Source: Pristiophorus japonicus (taxonomy: Eukaryota). Taken from it: DNA of 64,000 nucleotides. Both the position numbers and the translations under genes were made by a program. Each line of letters starts with the position of its first letter. Position 1 is the stretch's first letter. Positions 33,870 to 46,510 of the stretch are shown here, piece by piece. The stretch is taken from contig NC_091999.1 of NCBI RefSeq assembly GCF_044704955.1, forward strand, positions 10,044,001 through 10,108,000. Reading direction: 5' to 3'. The notes beneath the pieces are model-generated. The model had not been told where the DNA came from, made no database searches, and worked only from the letters and a program-made list of their open reading frames with translations.

Positions 33870-35790
33870 TACGTGTGACAACACTGCCCGCCGCTGCCCC
33901 GCCCACAGCTTCCGTTTGCTGCTCTCGCTCTGACCGGCCTTGCCTGCCCTGTGTTATTGGAGAGATTGTTGCTTCTGTTCCCTGTTTGGTATTTGTTCGA
34001 TGAGCAGTGCAGTGGAGCTGGGATTAGTATTTCTGCTTCGACAGAGGATTTCCCGGACTGCAGTGTTATATACTCAGGAAGAATTATGCTGGACCGTCTC
34101 GAACCACTCCTCACATAATATCACTTCTCAGTAAGGTTTTCTTTCCTCGTAAAAGTCCATTCTCCCCCTGACTGCTGTAATCCAGGTGTTGATTGTAGTA
34201 AAATTATAACTGATGATGGTGACTATTAAAATTATTTTGTGTTAGAATGGAGCCACCTAGCCGATCGCTGCGATGACGGTTGAAGAGGAAAGTAATGCCA
34301 CACCAATCTGCACTTTGAAAAGAAGCGATACGAAGCTTACAACAGTAATATATTGCGGATACTGGAATCTAAAATCTCAGCGGGCAGGCAGCATATATGG
34401 AGAGAAACAGAGTTAACGTCTCGGGTCTGTGACCCTTCGTCAAAACTGGACGATTTCAATATAAAACAGATCCTAAGCCTTATGTGTTCTGGTATATTCA
34501 GTACCAGGGCAGTCTCCACAGTATTTGTTTTATTTCCATGGAGGGATAGTCTTGAACGTGTTGTCGCCTCCCAAATTGGTGAAAATCTTTCCCGTAACTC
34601 CTTGTTTGAATCGATCCAGTCAGGTTTCCAACCCTGCTGCCGTGTCAGAATAGCTCTCATCAAAGACACGAATTACATCCTTTGTGACTGACCCTCCTCA
34701 CCCTTCCTGACTTGTCTGCAACCTTTGACACGGATGATCACTCCAGCATTCTCCAACGCTTCTCCCTGGATGTCCAGTTGAGAGGGACTGCAATCGCCTG
34801 CTTCCATTCTTATCTACATAGTTATAGCCAGCAACGGCTTCACTTCCCACTCCTGCATCGTTACCTCTGGTGTTCTCCAAGGATTTATCCTTGCCCTTTC
34901 CTATTTCTCATCTACATTCGACCACTTCATGACATTATACAAAAGCATAGCGTCACTTTCCACGTGTATGCTGACGATGCACAGCTATACCTCATCGCCA
35001 CTTCTTTTGACTCCTCCACGGTCTCTAAATTGTCAGACTGCTTGACCGACATCCAGTAGTAGATGAGCAGAAGTGTCTCCAATTCAATATTGGGAAGCAC
35101 AAAGCCATTGTTTTCATTCCCCGCCACAATCTGAGTTCCTTGGCCACTGACAGCAGCCCCCTGCCCACAGTCTAGCCTACATAAACTTGAGGCCATCCAA
35201 CATGGCTACCCATGTCCTAACTCGCACCAAGTCCCGTTCGACCATCACCCCTGTGCTCGCTAACCTACATTAGCTCCAGGTTAAGCAACGCCTGCATTTC
35301 AAAATTATCATCCTTGTTTTCAAATCCCTCCATGGCATCGCACATGCCTATCTCTGTAATCTCCCCTGGCCCCACTTCCCTTTCGAAATTTCATTCTTCT
35401 CTAATTCTGCCCTCTTGAGCATTCCTGCAGATAATTGTTCAACCATTCGTGGCTGTGCCTTCAGTTGCCGAGGTCGTAAGCTCAGGAACTTACTGCCTAA
35501 ATGGAACAGTATCTTTACATCTTGTTCCTCCTTTAAGACGCTCCTTAAAACGTGCCTTTTTGAAAAAGCTTTTGGTCATCTGCCCGAATTTCTCGTTATT
35601 TGACTCGGAATCAAATGTTTGTCTTATAACAGCAACAAGAAGCGCCTTGTATATTTTAGTACATTCATGGCGCTATATAAATACAAGAAGTAGTTATTGT
35701 TGATATCGCCGACAGTGAGAGTTCCAATTAGTGCTCAGCAGATGTCGCTCTCACGCCACTGAACAGAAGAAATAATTCAGCCTACGCAGT
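33870..35790 (+). pseudogene. V pseudogene of the duplicated family, disrupted by short-repeat and L2 insertions
   Basis: Promoter 33870-34085, leader from 34088, exon from ~34247 (WSH..MTVEEESNATPICTLK), PYVFWY at ~34478, homologous 3' flank 35705-35790; RSS lost. Confidence 0.8.
34550..35702 (+). mobile_element. L2-clade LINE 3' fragment
   Basis: LERVVASQ..IQSGF, DLSATFDT, FHVYADDAQLYL; tail GGCGCTATATAAAT..GTTATTGTTG. Confidence 0.9.
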
Positions 35791-36039
35791 GCTTCGCAAG
35801 TAATTACTTTAAAGGGAAACAAGTCACAAGACTCAACCTGACCAGGTGAGGTCCACTGGCGGAATTATATTAGTTGGTGATTTCAAATCAAGTTAATAAT
35901 AAAAGGAAATAACGACAGATCAGTGACAAGTTTAAAATGGCAGTAGTAACATTACGTAATCCCACAGTATACTGGATAGGTGGGAATCAGGAGACAAATC
36001 TCCATCCTCTGCATGTGGCGTGGTAATTAAATTCGGCAC

Positions 36040-36370
36040 TTCTGTGGTTTCATACCTGATAAATTGCGACATCCCCACCGGCACCTGGGAGTCCCTGGCC
36101 AAAGAGCACCCTAAGTGGAGGAAGTGCATCGGGCAGGGCGCTGTGCTCCTCGGGTATCGTCGCCGAGAGCACAGAGAAATCAATCGCAGGCAGTGGATGG
36201 AGCGTGCGGCAAACCAGACTCCCCGCCCACATTTTCCTTCAACCACTGTCTGACCCACCTGTTATAGAGACTGTGGTTCTCGTATTGGACTGATCGGCCA
36301 CCTAAGAACTCATGCTCAGAGTGGAAGCAAGTCTTCCTGGATTCCGAGGAACTGCCTGTGATGATTATGA
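36040..36370 (+). mobile_element. RTE-clade LINE 3' fragment
   Basis: IPTGTWESLA..WRKCI and RIGLIGHLRTH remnant; (GAT)n-like tail. Confidence 0.85.
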
Positions 36371-36662
36371 AATGAGCTTCAATCAAATGGTTTCACTGAA
36401 AAATGTAAAAAAGTGAACGAATCAGCACGAGTTAAACTGAAGTGGACCATATATGTTTATCGACATTTGTGATAAGTATCGCTCCAATACATCTCCAAAT
36501 AAATGGGCGCTGGAGCCTGCCACGTAGAGACACTGACTATGATTTAATTCAGTCTCTCAAGAGTGTAAAATGTCCAATCAAAACCTCCAGAGCACGCCAC
36601 AGTTAAATTTTTCTCGCTGCTCCCTCGGGACTCGGTTTACTTCTGATCTACAAAGTGGCAGG

Positions 36663-37105
36663 AGTTTCTATACGAGAGTGCAACGGGTTTCCTTCATCGG
36701 GAGTCTCAGAGAAGAGTAATAAACTACAGTGTCGGTCAGCTGCATCTATGAGATGGTTAAATTGGTGAATTTATTTGTGGTTCATGAGATTTGCAGTGAA
36801 GCCGGTTTCAGAAATGCTGCTTTGGCTTCATAACCGCTCGGGGTTTTCATCAGAATGAACTCGGGCTGTGTGTCCAGGAATTGCTGGTTACAGTATAAAT
36901 AATAGCCGATTGTGTAGTACCATAGCTACAGCTTAATTCATCGCTTCTCCTTCTATGTTAACTCTTGAAGAGAGTGGCTGAGTGACAGAATCTCCATGAC
37001 TCACATCTGAAAAATATGTTCCACAGGAGAGATACGGTGTTTAAAATTCAGATTTAAACCATATCATAAATGGAATAAAAGATGAAGTATGTTCGATCCA
37101 CAATT
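36663..37105 (-). pseudogene. V pseudogene
   Basis: Acceptor ~37008 then DVSHGDSVTQPLSSRVNIEGE..SCSY..PEFIL..LTIS..LTDTVVYYSSLR with frameshifts; nonamer ATAGAAACT; decayed leader ~37060-37105. Confidence 0.8.
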
Positions 37106-37899
37106 ATCTGTCAGAAATGCCCCACATTCAACCCATATGCTGAGTAGCTGCATTCTCGCTGTATGCTCCTTAAAAAGGTGGTTGGATATTTACAGATACC
37201 TGTTCTAATCCCAAGCCTCAATAATCTGCCACTATATCTCAGGATGCTCTAATCTCGTTTCCTTTTGTTCCCAGTGGTGCTGTGAGCTGTCTACCAGTGA
37301 ATGGAATCAAGCAGAACTGGGCTACAGTCAATGTGCTTATACGGGAATGGTTCCACTTTTGGAGAATTGAGTTGGAAATGAAACTCTTTTCTGGTTATTG
37401 TAACCCAGGAGCTGAGGGATAATGCTGCAAGAAAGTATTCCAGAATTAATGTAACAATCAGAAGTGCAATGGAAACGGAGGAGCTCTGTGCTTGGGACTT
37501 GTTTGGATGAGCACAGTCATTACCTTGTGAAATCTGTGCATTGTGTATGAACTGTCTCTGACCCAGCAACATATTCTGTTCAAATAAACCCTTTGTACAG
37601 GCCGCGATCAAAGGGTCTGAAACACTAACAGCGTTGTTGTGAAAAGAGCTGCACAATATTGCAGGCAGGCACGAGTTAAGGTGCCACAGATGGATTTGTG
37701 ATAATTGCGCATTGAATTAACTAACTAACGTCATTTCTGAAGAACACCTCCCCTGTTCTGGTTGCGTGCTGTTTTTTGTTGCAAGTTTAAGAATTTTCCC
37801 ACGACTCTCAGGTTGAATTGTTGATTCTGTTTATCCAGGTGAGAACGGAAGTCTGGATCATATTGGCAGCATTTTCGTGATGGAACTGGTTGAGCTGCA

Positions 37900-38440
37900 A
37901 CTGATGTCTATTGCAATTGGTAAATTGTGGAATGTGCTCCCTCTGCTCGTGTGAATGCTCCTGATGGTCATTGTAGAATAGGTAATTAGTAAAATATGTT
38001 CCCTCCGCTGGTGTGAATGCTCCTGATATCTATTCTAATAGGTAATGAGTAAAATGTGTTCCATATGCTGGTGTGACTGCTCCTGATGGCCATTGTATAA
38101 TAGGTCATGAGTAAAATGTGTTCCCTCTGCTGGTGTGAATGTTCATGATATCCATTTAATAGGCAATTAGTAAAATGTGTTCCATCTGCTGGTGTGAATG
38201 CTCATGATATCTATTGTAATAGGTAATTAGAAAAATGTGTTCCCTATGCTGGTGTGAATACTCCTGATGGCCATTATAATAGGTAATTAATAAAATGTAT
38301 TCCCTATGCTGATGTTTATGCTCCTGGTGGCCATTGTATAATAGGTAATTAGTAAAATGTGTTTCCTATGCTGGTGTGTATGCTCATGATGTCCATTGTA
38401 ATGTTGTGCTACATGTTCTCTATGCTGGTGTGAATTTTCC
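37900..38440 (+). repeat. 60-bp minisatellite (~8.5 copies) with leader-exon-like unit
   Basis: Unit AAAATGTGTTCCCTATGCTGGTGTGAATGCTCCTGATGGCCATTGTAATAGGTAATTAGT. Confidence 0.95.
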
Positions 38441-38485
38441 AAATTAAGTAAGGGATTAAATAATGATTTAAATCATTTTACGCAG

Positions 38486-38826
38486 GTAAAATCCAATGCA
38501 GTTTGGTAACGCAGCCTGAATATGAGATGAAGATACATGAAGGAGATAAGTTTCAATTGAACTTCAATTACAGCACCAGTTCGGACGATTCGAATCGTTA
38601 CTGGTACCAGCTGTACCGAAATAGTCTTTTCAGTTTAACTTGTACCGTAATAAAACCAGGGGAAGGATTGCATCTTTTGTGAAAGGAAAATTCGATGCTC
38701 GTCATTTAAATCGATATCAAGTTTTCCTTTTGTCAATTTCTGCAGCAGAGACTGAAGACAAACCGGTCTATTGCTGCGGACTGAGGATCACGGGGCTTCA
38801 AAACTGCTCGACTCTGAGCAAAAACC
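38486..38826 (+). pseudogene. V pseudogene (first Cys lost, frameshift)
   Basis: GKIQCSLVTQPEYEMKIHEGDKFQLNFNYST..YWYQ..KGKFDA..LSISAAETEDKPVYCCGLR; RSS CACGGGG, 22 bp, GCAAAAACC. Confidence 0.88.
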
Positions 38827-38974
38827 TAACCAAACCACAGTACAACCCAAGAGCTAAGTAAAGACATCTGTCATCGAGCGACTCAAGAAAAAACTATTTA
38901 TCATTGAGGGAATGATGAAAATACATCTTGCATTTTTCAAGAAGTGTACACGGTTGAGGTATATCGTGTCCGTC

Positions 38975-39390
38975 GAGAGACTTGGGAAACGGAGATTGTT
39001 GTCCTTGGAGCAGCGAAGGTTATGTGGAGTTTTAATAAAGGTGTTTAAAATTATGAAGAGTTTTGATAAAGTAGATGGGGAGGAATTGTTTCCACTGCCA
39101 TGAGGTCGATAACCAGACGACATAGATTTATGATAAAAGGCTAAAAAAATGCAGGGGGCAAATTAGGAGAATATTTTTTGGCAGAGAATTGTTACAATCT
39201 AGAATGCATTGATGGAAAGGGTGTTGGACGTAGATTACATTATAACATTCAAAAGTGAATTAGATAAACATCTGGACAGGAAAAGCTTTCCGGGATATGG
39301 GCAAAGAGGAGGTTCGTGGGCCGAATTGGATTGCTCATTCAAAGAGCGAGTACAGGCACGATGGGTCTCCTTCTGTGCTGTACCTTCTTT
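38975..39390 (+). mobile_element. Old CR1 3' fragment
   Basis: LLSLEQRRL..VFKIMKSFDKVDGEELFPL. Confidence 0.8.
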
Positions 39391-39829
39391 AACCCTGAAT
39401 TTGACGTAAATCGACGTTCCTTTACTGTCTCTGGGTCAAAATCCTGGAAGTCCCTCCCTCACAGCACTGTAGTGGCACCTTCGCCAAGGGCAGCTAGGGA
39501 TGAGTAATAGAATCTGGCTTTGTCATCGACGCCCATATCTCGAGAATGAATAGAAAACATTAAAAGAAGCAGGCGGTACAGTCGGACAATCACCACGTGA
39601 AATCTTACTTAGTTTCTGTCACACGTTCTTTCTTTTTCTATTTCAATCTTTCTCTCCTCTCTCGCACGTTCTCTCGTTCACTCATTTTCATTTCTTTAAT
39701 TTCTTCTTTTGCAATATTAAAAATATTCAACAGTCATGTTGCATTTCTCGATTTTTTTGAACATGAGGAATGAGGTGAGGAGGGAGCGGTGAATTGACAG
39801 GCAGAAATGCCGTTCAGGGCGGTGTTATC

Positions 39830-42430
39830 TATATAGGAGCACGAGTTGTTCAGTTATTCCCTCCAGCCTGCTTCGCCATTCAAAGAGACCATGGCTGTGA
39901 TGTAACTCCATATGTTTTGCACCATATCCGTTAATAAATTTGATGAACACAAACCTATCAATCTCGGACTGAAAATGAACAATGGACCTGCCAACAATTG
40001 CCGTTTACAGAAGAGAGTTCAAAATTCCTGCCAAACCTTGCATGTAGAAATGTTTCTTAACTTCACTCCAGAAAGGCATGGCTCTAACCTTTAAACTATG
40101 TCCCCTAGTCCTAGAGATTCCACGCAGCGGAAATAGTGTATCTCTATCTAACTATTAGAAGCTTGAAAACTTCGATCAAATTACACCTGAACCATATAAA
40201 TTCCAGCGAATTCTGCACTAACTTGTGCAATCTCTCATCATAATTTAATCCTTGGAGTCCAGTTTTCATTCTGGTAAATCCACGCTGCACACATTCCAAG
40301 GTCAATATATCCTTTCAATGATGTGCTGCCTAGAACTACTCACAGTACTTCAGGTATAGCCTAACCAGGGCTTTTTACAGCTGTAGCATAACTACGACCC
40401 CCTTGTTATCCAGTCCTCTAGATATAACGGCCAGCATTCCAGTAGACGTTTTGTTTATATTCTGTATCTGTCCATGACATTTTAATGATCAGTGTACATG
40501 GACCCCCAAGAATCTTTGTACCTGCATTGTTTCTAGAGTTTCACCATTTAGCAAATACCCTGTTCTAACGGTTTTAGTACAAAAGTGGATGAACTCACAT
40601 TTGCCTATATTGAACTCCATTTTCACAGTTTTACCCATTCGCTTAATCTAGTAATATCTCCTTGTAATTTTATGTTTTCATCTAACATGCATACGGTGGC
40701 GGCTATCTGTGTGTTATCGGCAAATTGTCGCTTTCTATCCCATCATCTAAGTCATTAAAAAATATGGTGAATATTTGAGACCACCACTGAACCTTGCAAA
40801 ACACTATTATCCCGACTCTTTTACTCCTGCCGCTCAGCCAGTTTCCTAACAAGGTCAATAATTTGTCTTGAATTCCACGAGCTTCAACGTTAGCTTGCAG
40901 TCACTTATGAGAGACTTTATCAAATTCCTTATGCAAGTCCATATAAATAACATCCATAGACATTTCCTTGTCCACCACTTTAGTCACCTCTGCAAAAAAT
41001 TCAACGAGGTTCGTCTGACATGACCTACCTGTGACAAATGCATGCTTGCTGTCTCTGAGCAGCTGAATATGTTCCTGGTGTTCATTCACTCTATCCTTAG
41101 TTATAGATTCTCGTAATTTTGTGACAACACATGCCAGGTTACTTGCATATAATTCCCTGGCTTTGCTCTCTCACCTGTCTGAAATAACGGAGTGACATGA
41201 ACAATTTTGCAATCTAAAGGAACAGTTCCTGAATCAAGAGAAATTTGGAATATTATAGTTAGGGTATCTACAATATTCACACCTACATCCTTGAAAATCC
41301 TGGCTTGGAACCCATATCGCCCTAGGAATTTGTCACACTTTATTGCCATTATTTTATTCATTACTGTGATTTACTTTATGTTAATTTTGGTGAGCTTCCG
41401 ACCCAGCTTCAGTTTCCTTTGTATTTCCGAAATGCTATGCAGATACTTTATCTAAACAGTGACGCAAAGTGATACTCAACATTTCCATATTTTCGTTGGC
41501 ATTTTCACCATTATCAATTTTCAAGGGACTCACATTGTTCCTGAAAACCTATTTTTCTTAACATAATTATAAAACAAATTGTGTTTATTTTTATATCCCT
41601 TGAAGGTGTACTTACATACTCCTTTTTTGTAGCTCACTATTTGTTTTGTCACCTTTTGCTGTTCTTTGCATCTTTCCCACTCACCAGGATATGTGCTATT
41701 TTCTGCTTTATTGTATGCATTTTCTTCTAGTTTCATGTGGTCTCTTACCTCTTTAGTCATCTATGGCTGTGTTTGGTAAGTGCAGCTCTTACCCCTTAGG
41801 GGTATAAACTTATTTTGAACAACTCCCATTGGTCTTCTGTCGTTTCTCCCAATAACAGATTTCCACAGTTTCCTGTGGACAGTCTCTGTCTCATTTCATT
41901 GAAGTCAGCCTTACCTAAGCCGACAATGTTAGTAGCTGCCTCGCGTTTCAACCTTTCACAGACTATGGTGAACTTGATCATACTAAGCTCGTTATTAGAT
42001 AATCATACATATGCCGTTAAGATGTAAACTAAATCTGGCTCATTACTCATTGCTACATCTAATATGGCATGCCCGCTTGTTGGTTACAGTACATATTATT
42101 CCAGAAAACTCTTCTAACACACTTAGGACACTCACTACAGTTCCAACATTAGTTGGTCAGCTTATCGCAATCTACATGAAAGTTAAAATCACTTATTAAA
42201 ACCACTCTATCTTTGCTACATGCTTGTCTAATCTCTGCATCTTTACATTCTACCAATTCACAACCGCTACCAGGGGGCATATAAACAACTCCCACTAAAA
42301 CCTTAAATCCATGTTCTTTCTTAATTCTATCCATTAGGTCTCCACGATCTGCTTAAATTCCGTTATATCCTCTCTTATCATTGAAGTGATTTCATCCTTA
42401 TTCACCCAGGCTACCTGTCCAACTCTACCA
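39830..42430 (-). mobile_element. Old degenerate CR1 LINE (endonuclease to 3' end)
   Basis: VGVVYMPP..SDFNF, KADFNEMR, HAFVTGRSCQTNL, FDKVSH remnants. Confidence 0.88.
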
Positions 42431-42558
42431 TACTCTGTAAACTGTGCCTCTCCTCCTTTAATGTACTGAGTGACGTTGTGAGTGACGTAGTAGGAAGTAG
42501 AGAAACTACATTCGACTAGATGTTAAAATGCTCTTACCCAATTATTGCATTCGGTAGA

Positions 42559-45500
42559 TGTAAGGGGGAGATGGGAAGGCTTCCTCTCCCACGAGCGGGC
42601 CCACTGATATAGAGGGTCGACGCTCGCCCCAGCTCACGTAGCAATTCTCGAAGTTAGCAGACAGAGACGGATGGCAAAGTATAACGATCTTTATTACGAA
42701 CGTCCGGGAACACCTCTTATCACAGTCGCCTGTGAGTGGAGATGCTCCCCGAACAGCACAATCATACAACTTTTATACATTTCAAAACCCCTCTGTTCCC
42801 GGACAAGACCTCCCTAGATTTCTAATTGAACTACCTTATCAGTGCTACTTCTCTAATTGGACTACCTTATTAGTGCTACTTTGGCTTTAGGCCGTGACTA
42901 GAATGACTTCATTAGTTCGGAATTCGTTATACATTTCCTTGGTGTCTGTGAGTCGCCTCGAGCCTCTTCACAAGGTCATATCAATGTCTGTTTAAGTTCT
43001 CACATCGTATCCTATCGGAATATTATTGAATTGATAACTTCTGGAGCCTTGGTACAAGGCCGAAGAGAGGCCTTTTACCTCCTTATGGGCCATTGCAGGA
43101 ACCAGCACTTTAACCCTTGTCCCGCTGGTACCCCTAATGCCAAATGTATCTTACAATTCCCCCCTTTTGGCCCTTGGCTATACGTCAAGCTGGCCATATT
43201 TCCCGATAACTATCTCCCTGTAGGCGAGTTCCAGATAGGTTCGTTCACCTGGGTGGCCATCTCCCAATCTTCGGGACCTCCTGAAACTTTCCCACATAGT
43301 TATATAAGGTAAGTACTTCCTTAAATTTTCATCCCTTATGGCCTTAATCATAGTGCGTGCCCTGACGTATCGTTTGACATGTTTAATTCGTGCGCATGTT
43401 AATCCCATCATGACCATCAGAACCAGGCCCTGTATTACTATAAGTACATGTGATATTATTTTTATCCATGGGTGAATTTGATTATCAAGTCCAATGTCCC
43501 ACAGCTTTGAGTACCAGGGCTGATCAGCCAGCATTGCGTTAGTGTCTCTCAGTAAGTTGTCTATTTCATTCATCAGCAGAATATACTGTCATCTTTGATT
43601 CTGGATTCTTTGCACCAGACGTAATTGTTCCTCAATTAATTTCGGTATTGTTCCGTGGATGATTTCCGTTGTCTCGGGATGTATATGGTTAAGTTGGCTG
43701 CCCCCGTGCTCACGCACCACTCTCCATTCCCTTGCGGGGCAGCGATGGTCTCCAGATCGTGTTCAAGAGAGTAATACTCAGCATACAGCCGTTTATCTGG
43801 TGGAATCCACAATCATCATTCGTCATTCGAGGCGTACCTCGATATAAAACCACTTGGTTATTTTTATAACAGTCAGTTACGGCAATGCTTCTGGTACTAT
43901 TGTTAACTTTAATCACCAGTCTGGCAGGCTGATGGTAACGCAACCGAGTGTTGTTTCTTACTTCACCGATATTATCGATCTGGTATAAGGGGTTTCCCTT
44001 TGTTACATCATATGGGCCACTTGTAACAGTTCCCCTTCCGTGCCATCTCCCCTCCGCGCATGTAGGGCTTGGTTATCCAAGTCCCTCCCCAGTAAAACCC
44101 TCAAGACTAGGCCATTAAGTTGTTAGCCCGGTCAGATATTGCAGACTGGTCGATGGAATTCATTGTCGTAACCCCTGCTGCATCTCAGGGTAGTAGATTC
44201 TGGGCCTTCGAGGATCCGTTGTGCCAGGTTCTGGTACAGACTTTATAGTTTCATTCTCACAGAAGCTAGGAAGAATGATATCCATTAGATTTAGGTTAAG
44301 TAGTCGCTGACGCATCCTAATAATATCCTTTCTTTAGATTATTTTATTATTATTTGGCTTCAGTCTTTATGGACGGGCTTATGGGGGGACTTGCGTGGTT
44401 GTGCTGGGAAGATTTGTTGTCCCCAGGGTGGTTGTTGGGGCAGTGGTAGGGCTTCACACTCCATCCGCCCTCCTTTTTGTTCTGTTCTGTTCCCACCCTT
44501 CTGTTTCTCTTGCGGGGTGGATTTGGCTGCTTGTTTTGCAGCTTCGTACGCCCAGGCATGAGCTTCTAGAACTGAAATTCCATCCAGTTGTATTTCTGCG
44601 CCCATCCCCATAGTGGCGCCCATAGCATCGGCAGCCTGCTGCATTACAACCTTGCTTAATACACTATACATAGCCATGCGATAAAATAAGTTCTGTCCTT
44701 GCTCCAGTCCTTGGCTGCTGGGATGCATATTTCGGCAGTTAAATTAAACAAAGCTAGTTCATGTAGTTGTGTCGTTGCTGCGTGTGCTATATCTTTCGTA
44801 GTCCATCTGTATTATCCAGTGCTTGCGTGAGCCGTAAGGTTGCCAGTATCCTGAGTCTCCAGAGTCGAAGTAGCCACTGCGGTCCCATCTCGGTGAGTGT
44901 TTTATCTGCAAATTTTAAAAAGATAGCCTGGTTGTCACCAGGTGTTAGGTTCTGGTCTACTCATCTTTTATCCATGCATGTTGAGGTCACTCTGTGAAAT
45001 CGGAGGTAAGGGTTAGGTTGGGTTTGTGGACTACACTTATCCACGTGGGCTCTATTGCCATAGGTGATGGTGCTATGGCTGTGCACTGCACTATCCGTCT
45101 GGTCCCATTGTTAATAAAATCTCTTCCAGCTTATTTATCTTAGCCTTTAACTCTTGAATTTGTTTTGTTTGAGTACCTTTCTTTTATTTGTATCAGGCGA
45201 GTATTATTACTTAGGCTAGTTCTCTTTTTATTTTTATTCTGACTATCCCACCATTTCCTTTATCTGTCAGGTGAGCCTTTTTTATTCTATTTAGAAATTC
45301 AAATTAATAATGCCCTGTATAAAACAGCTGTCAATGGAAAGGGTTAACTCCTTTGCAGGTTTATAAGTAGGCCTGATGTCATTATGTGACTTTACGTAAT
45401 CATCCGAAAAATTATTTTTTTTTCCAATTAAACCAATATTCTTTTCACAGCCGATATCAACTAGTATGTCTTTTTCCATCGCAAACACCCCCTTTTTTTG

Positions 45501-46330
45501 TCAGCACCTATTTAGTACGTTACGTCTTTTTTTTTATTCGGATCTCCTTTCTTCAAATTAGGTTTTGTATTTTACACGGAGGGCTGCTTTTCGTTATCTC
45601 AAATTCCAGTTTGAAGGTCATTACAAAGTCTCTTCTAAACTGCTAAAGCTTGCTGTTTTCTGCTCAACAAACCTATCCTTTGTGCATTTCCTAGCTCCAT
45701 AACTTACCGAATAAATCCACACCTGCGTTTCTAACTTAAAATGTCTTAAAACTTCCCACATACAGGACAACACTACAAAAGGTTAAAAAACTTTCACTCT
45801 GTTTAGAAAAGTGGGTGGAGCTAAAATAAACAGACACTTGCATTCCTCTTCCAACCAGGCTTTCAGAAACATGACAACATAAAAATTAATTCCGCAGTCA
45901 CAAAATCACACAGGGACTCTCACTCAACGACCAGACATTTACATAAGTCTCTCTTCATTCAACAAAGCTTATTGATTGGTTGGCCGGTCCTAATTTTGGT
46001 TCCATATGTCACTTAAGATTGCCATTATCAGCTTTTTTGTGGTCTTACATAATTACGCAAGTTACAATTAATGATTGGTTATATTCGCCTTTTTACTCGC
46101 CATGTTACCCATCTTCTTCGGGCTATGAGAGTCTTGGGTACTTCCTCAGGTATGCAGGACGCTACTTATATGTCTTCCTTTGGCGCCGTGCACTCGTACC
46201 ACTGCACGCTTTGGGTCAATATATCCCGTCACTGCTCAGGGACGTTGTCTCTATTCCCTCATCTCAGCACCGTGCGCTTGTACCGCTTCGGGTCAATAGA
46301 CCTCCCTCTCCCTCTATATCTTCACTTGCG
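42559..46330 (-). mobile_element. Endogenous retrovirus-like element lacking pol and 5' LTR; 3' LTR 43155-42559
   Basis: LTR with TGTAAG..CTTACA termini, TATA and AATAAA; PPT AAAAGGGGGGAAT; env remnant ~43990-43178 with TM helix; gag-like remnant ~45100-44360; 5' boundary approximate. Confidence 0.8.
43178..43990 (-). pseudogene. env remnant (membrane fusion glycoprotein C-terminal part)
   Basis: LYQIDNIG..YHQP..TDC..DCG..GC ectodomain, heptad-like region, PWYSKLWD..IHPW, hydrophobic TM and cytoplasmic tail just before the PPT. Confidence 0.7.
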
Positions 46331-46510
46331 TCCTAACCTGATCGCACTGCCGTTCTCTCGTCCCATCTGTTTACTAGAAATAGACTTGCATGAGATACTT
46401 CCTCACTTTCTGTTACGTCATCCAGTGGAACACTTTCTCACTTTACTCAGTATAACGTATTGCAACAGTAGGCAGAACTGTAATTCCAAGCGATTGCAGG
46501 TGAAGATAGA

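Noticed and set aside
37270-37520. Possible V remnant (C..SW..INVTIRS..CAWD, CACAGTC)
   Set aside because: Spacing too short, several stops and no nonamer; cannot be distinguished from chance
37900-38440. CRISPR-like array
   Set aside because: Whole units are repeated with no unique spacers, there are no cas genes and the context is eukaryotic; the same applies to the 67-bp satellites at 8405 and 55430
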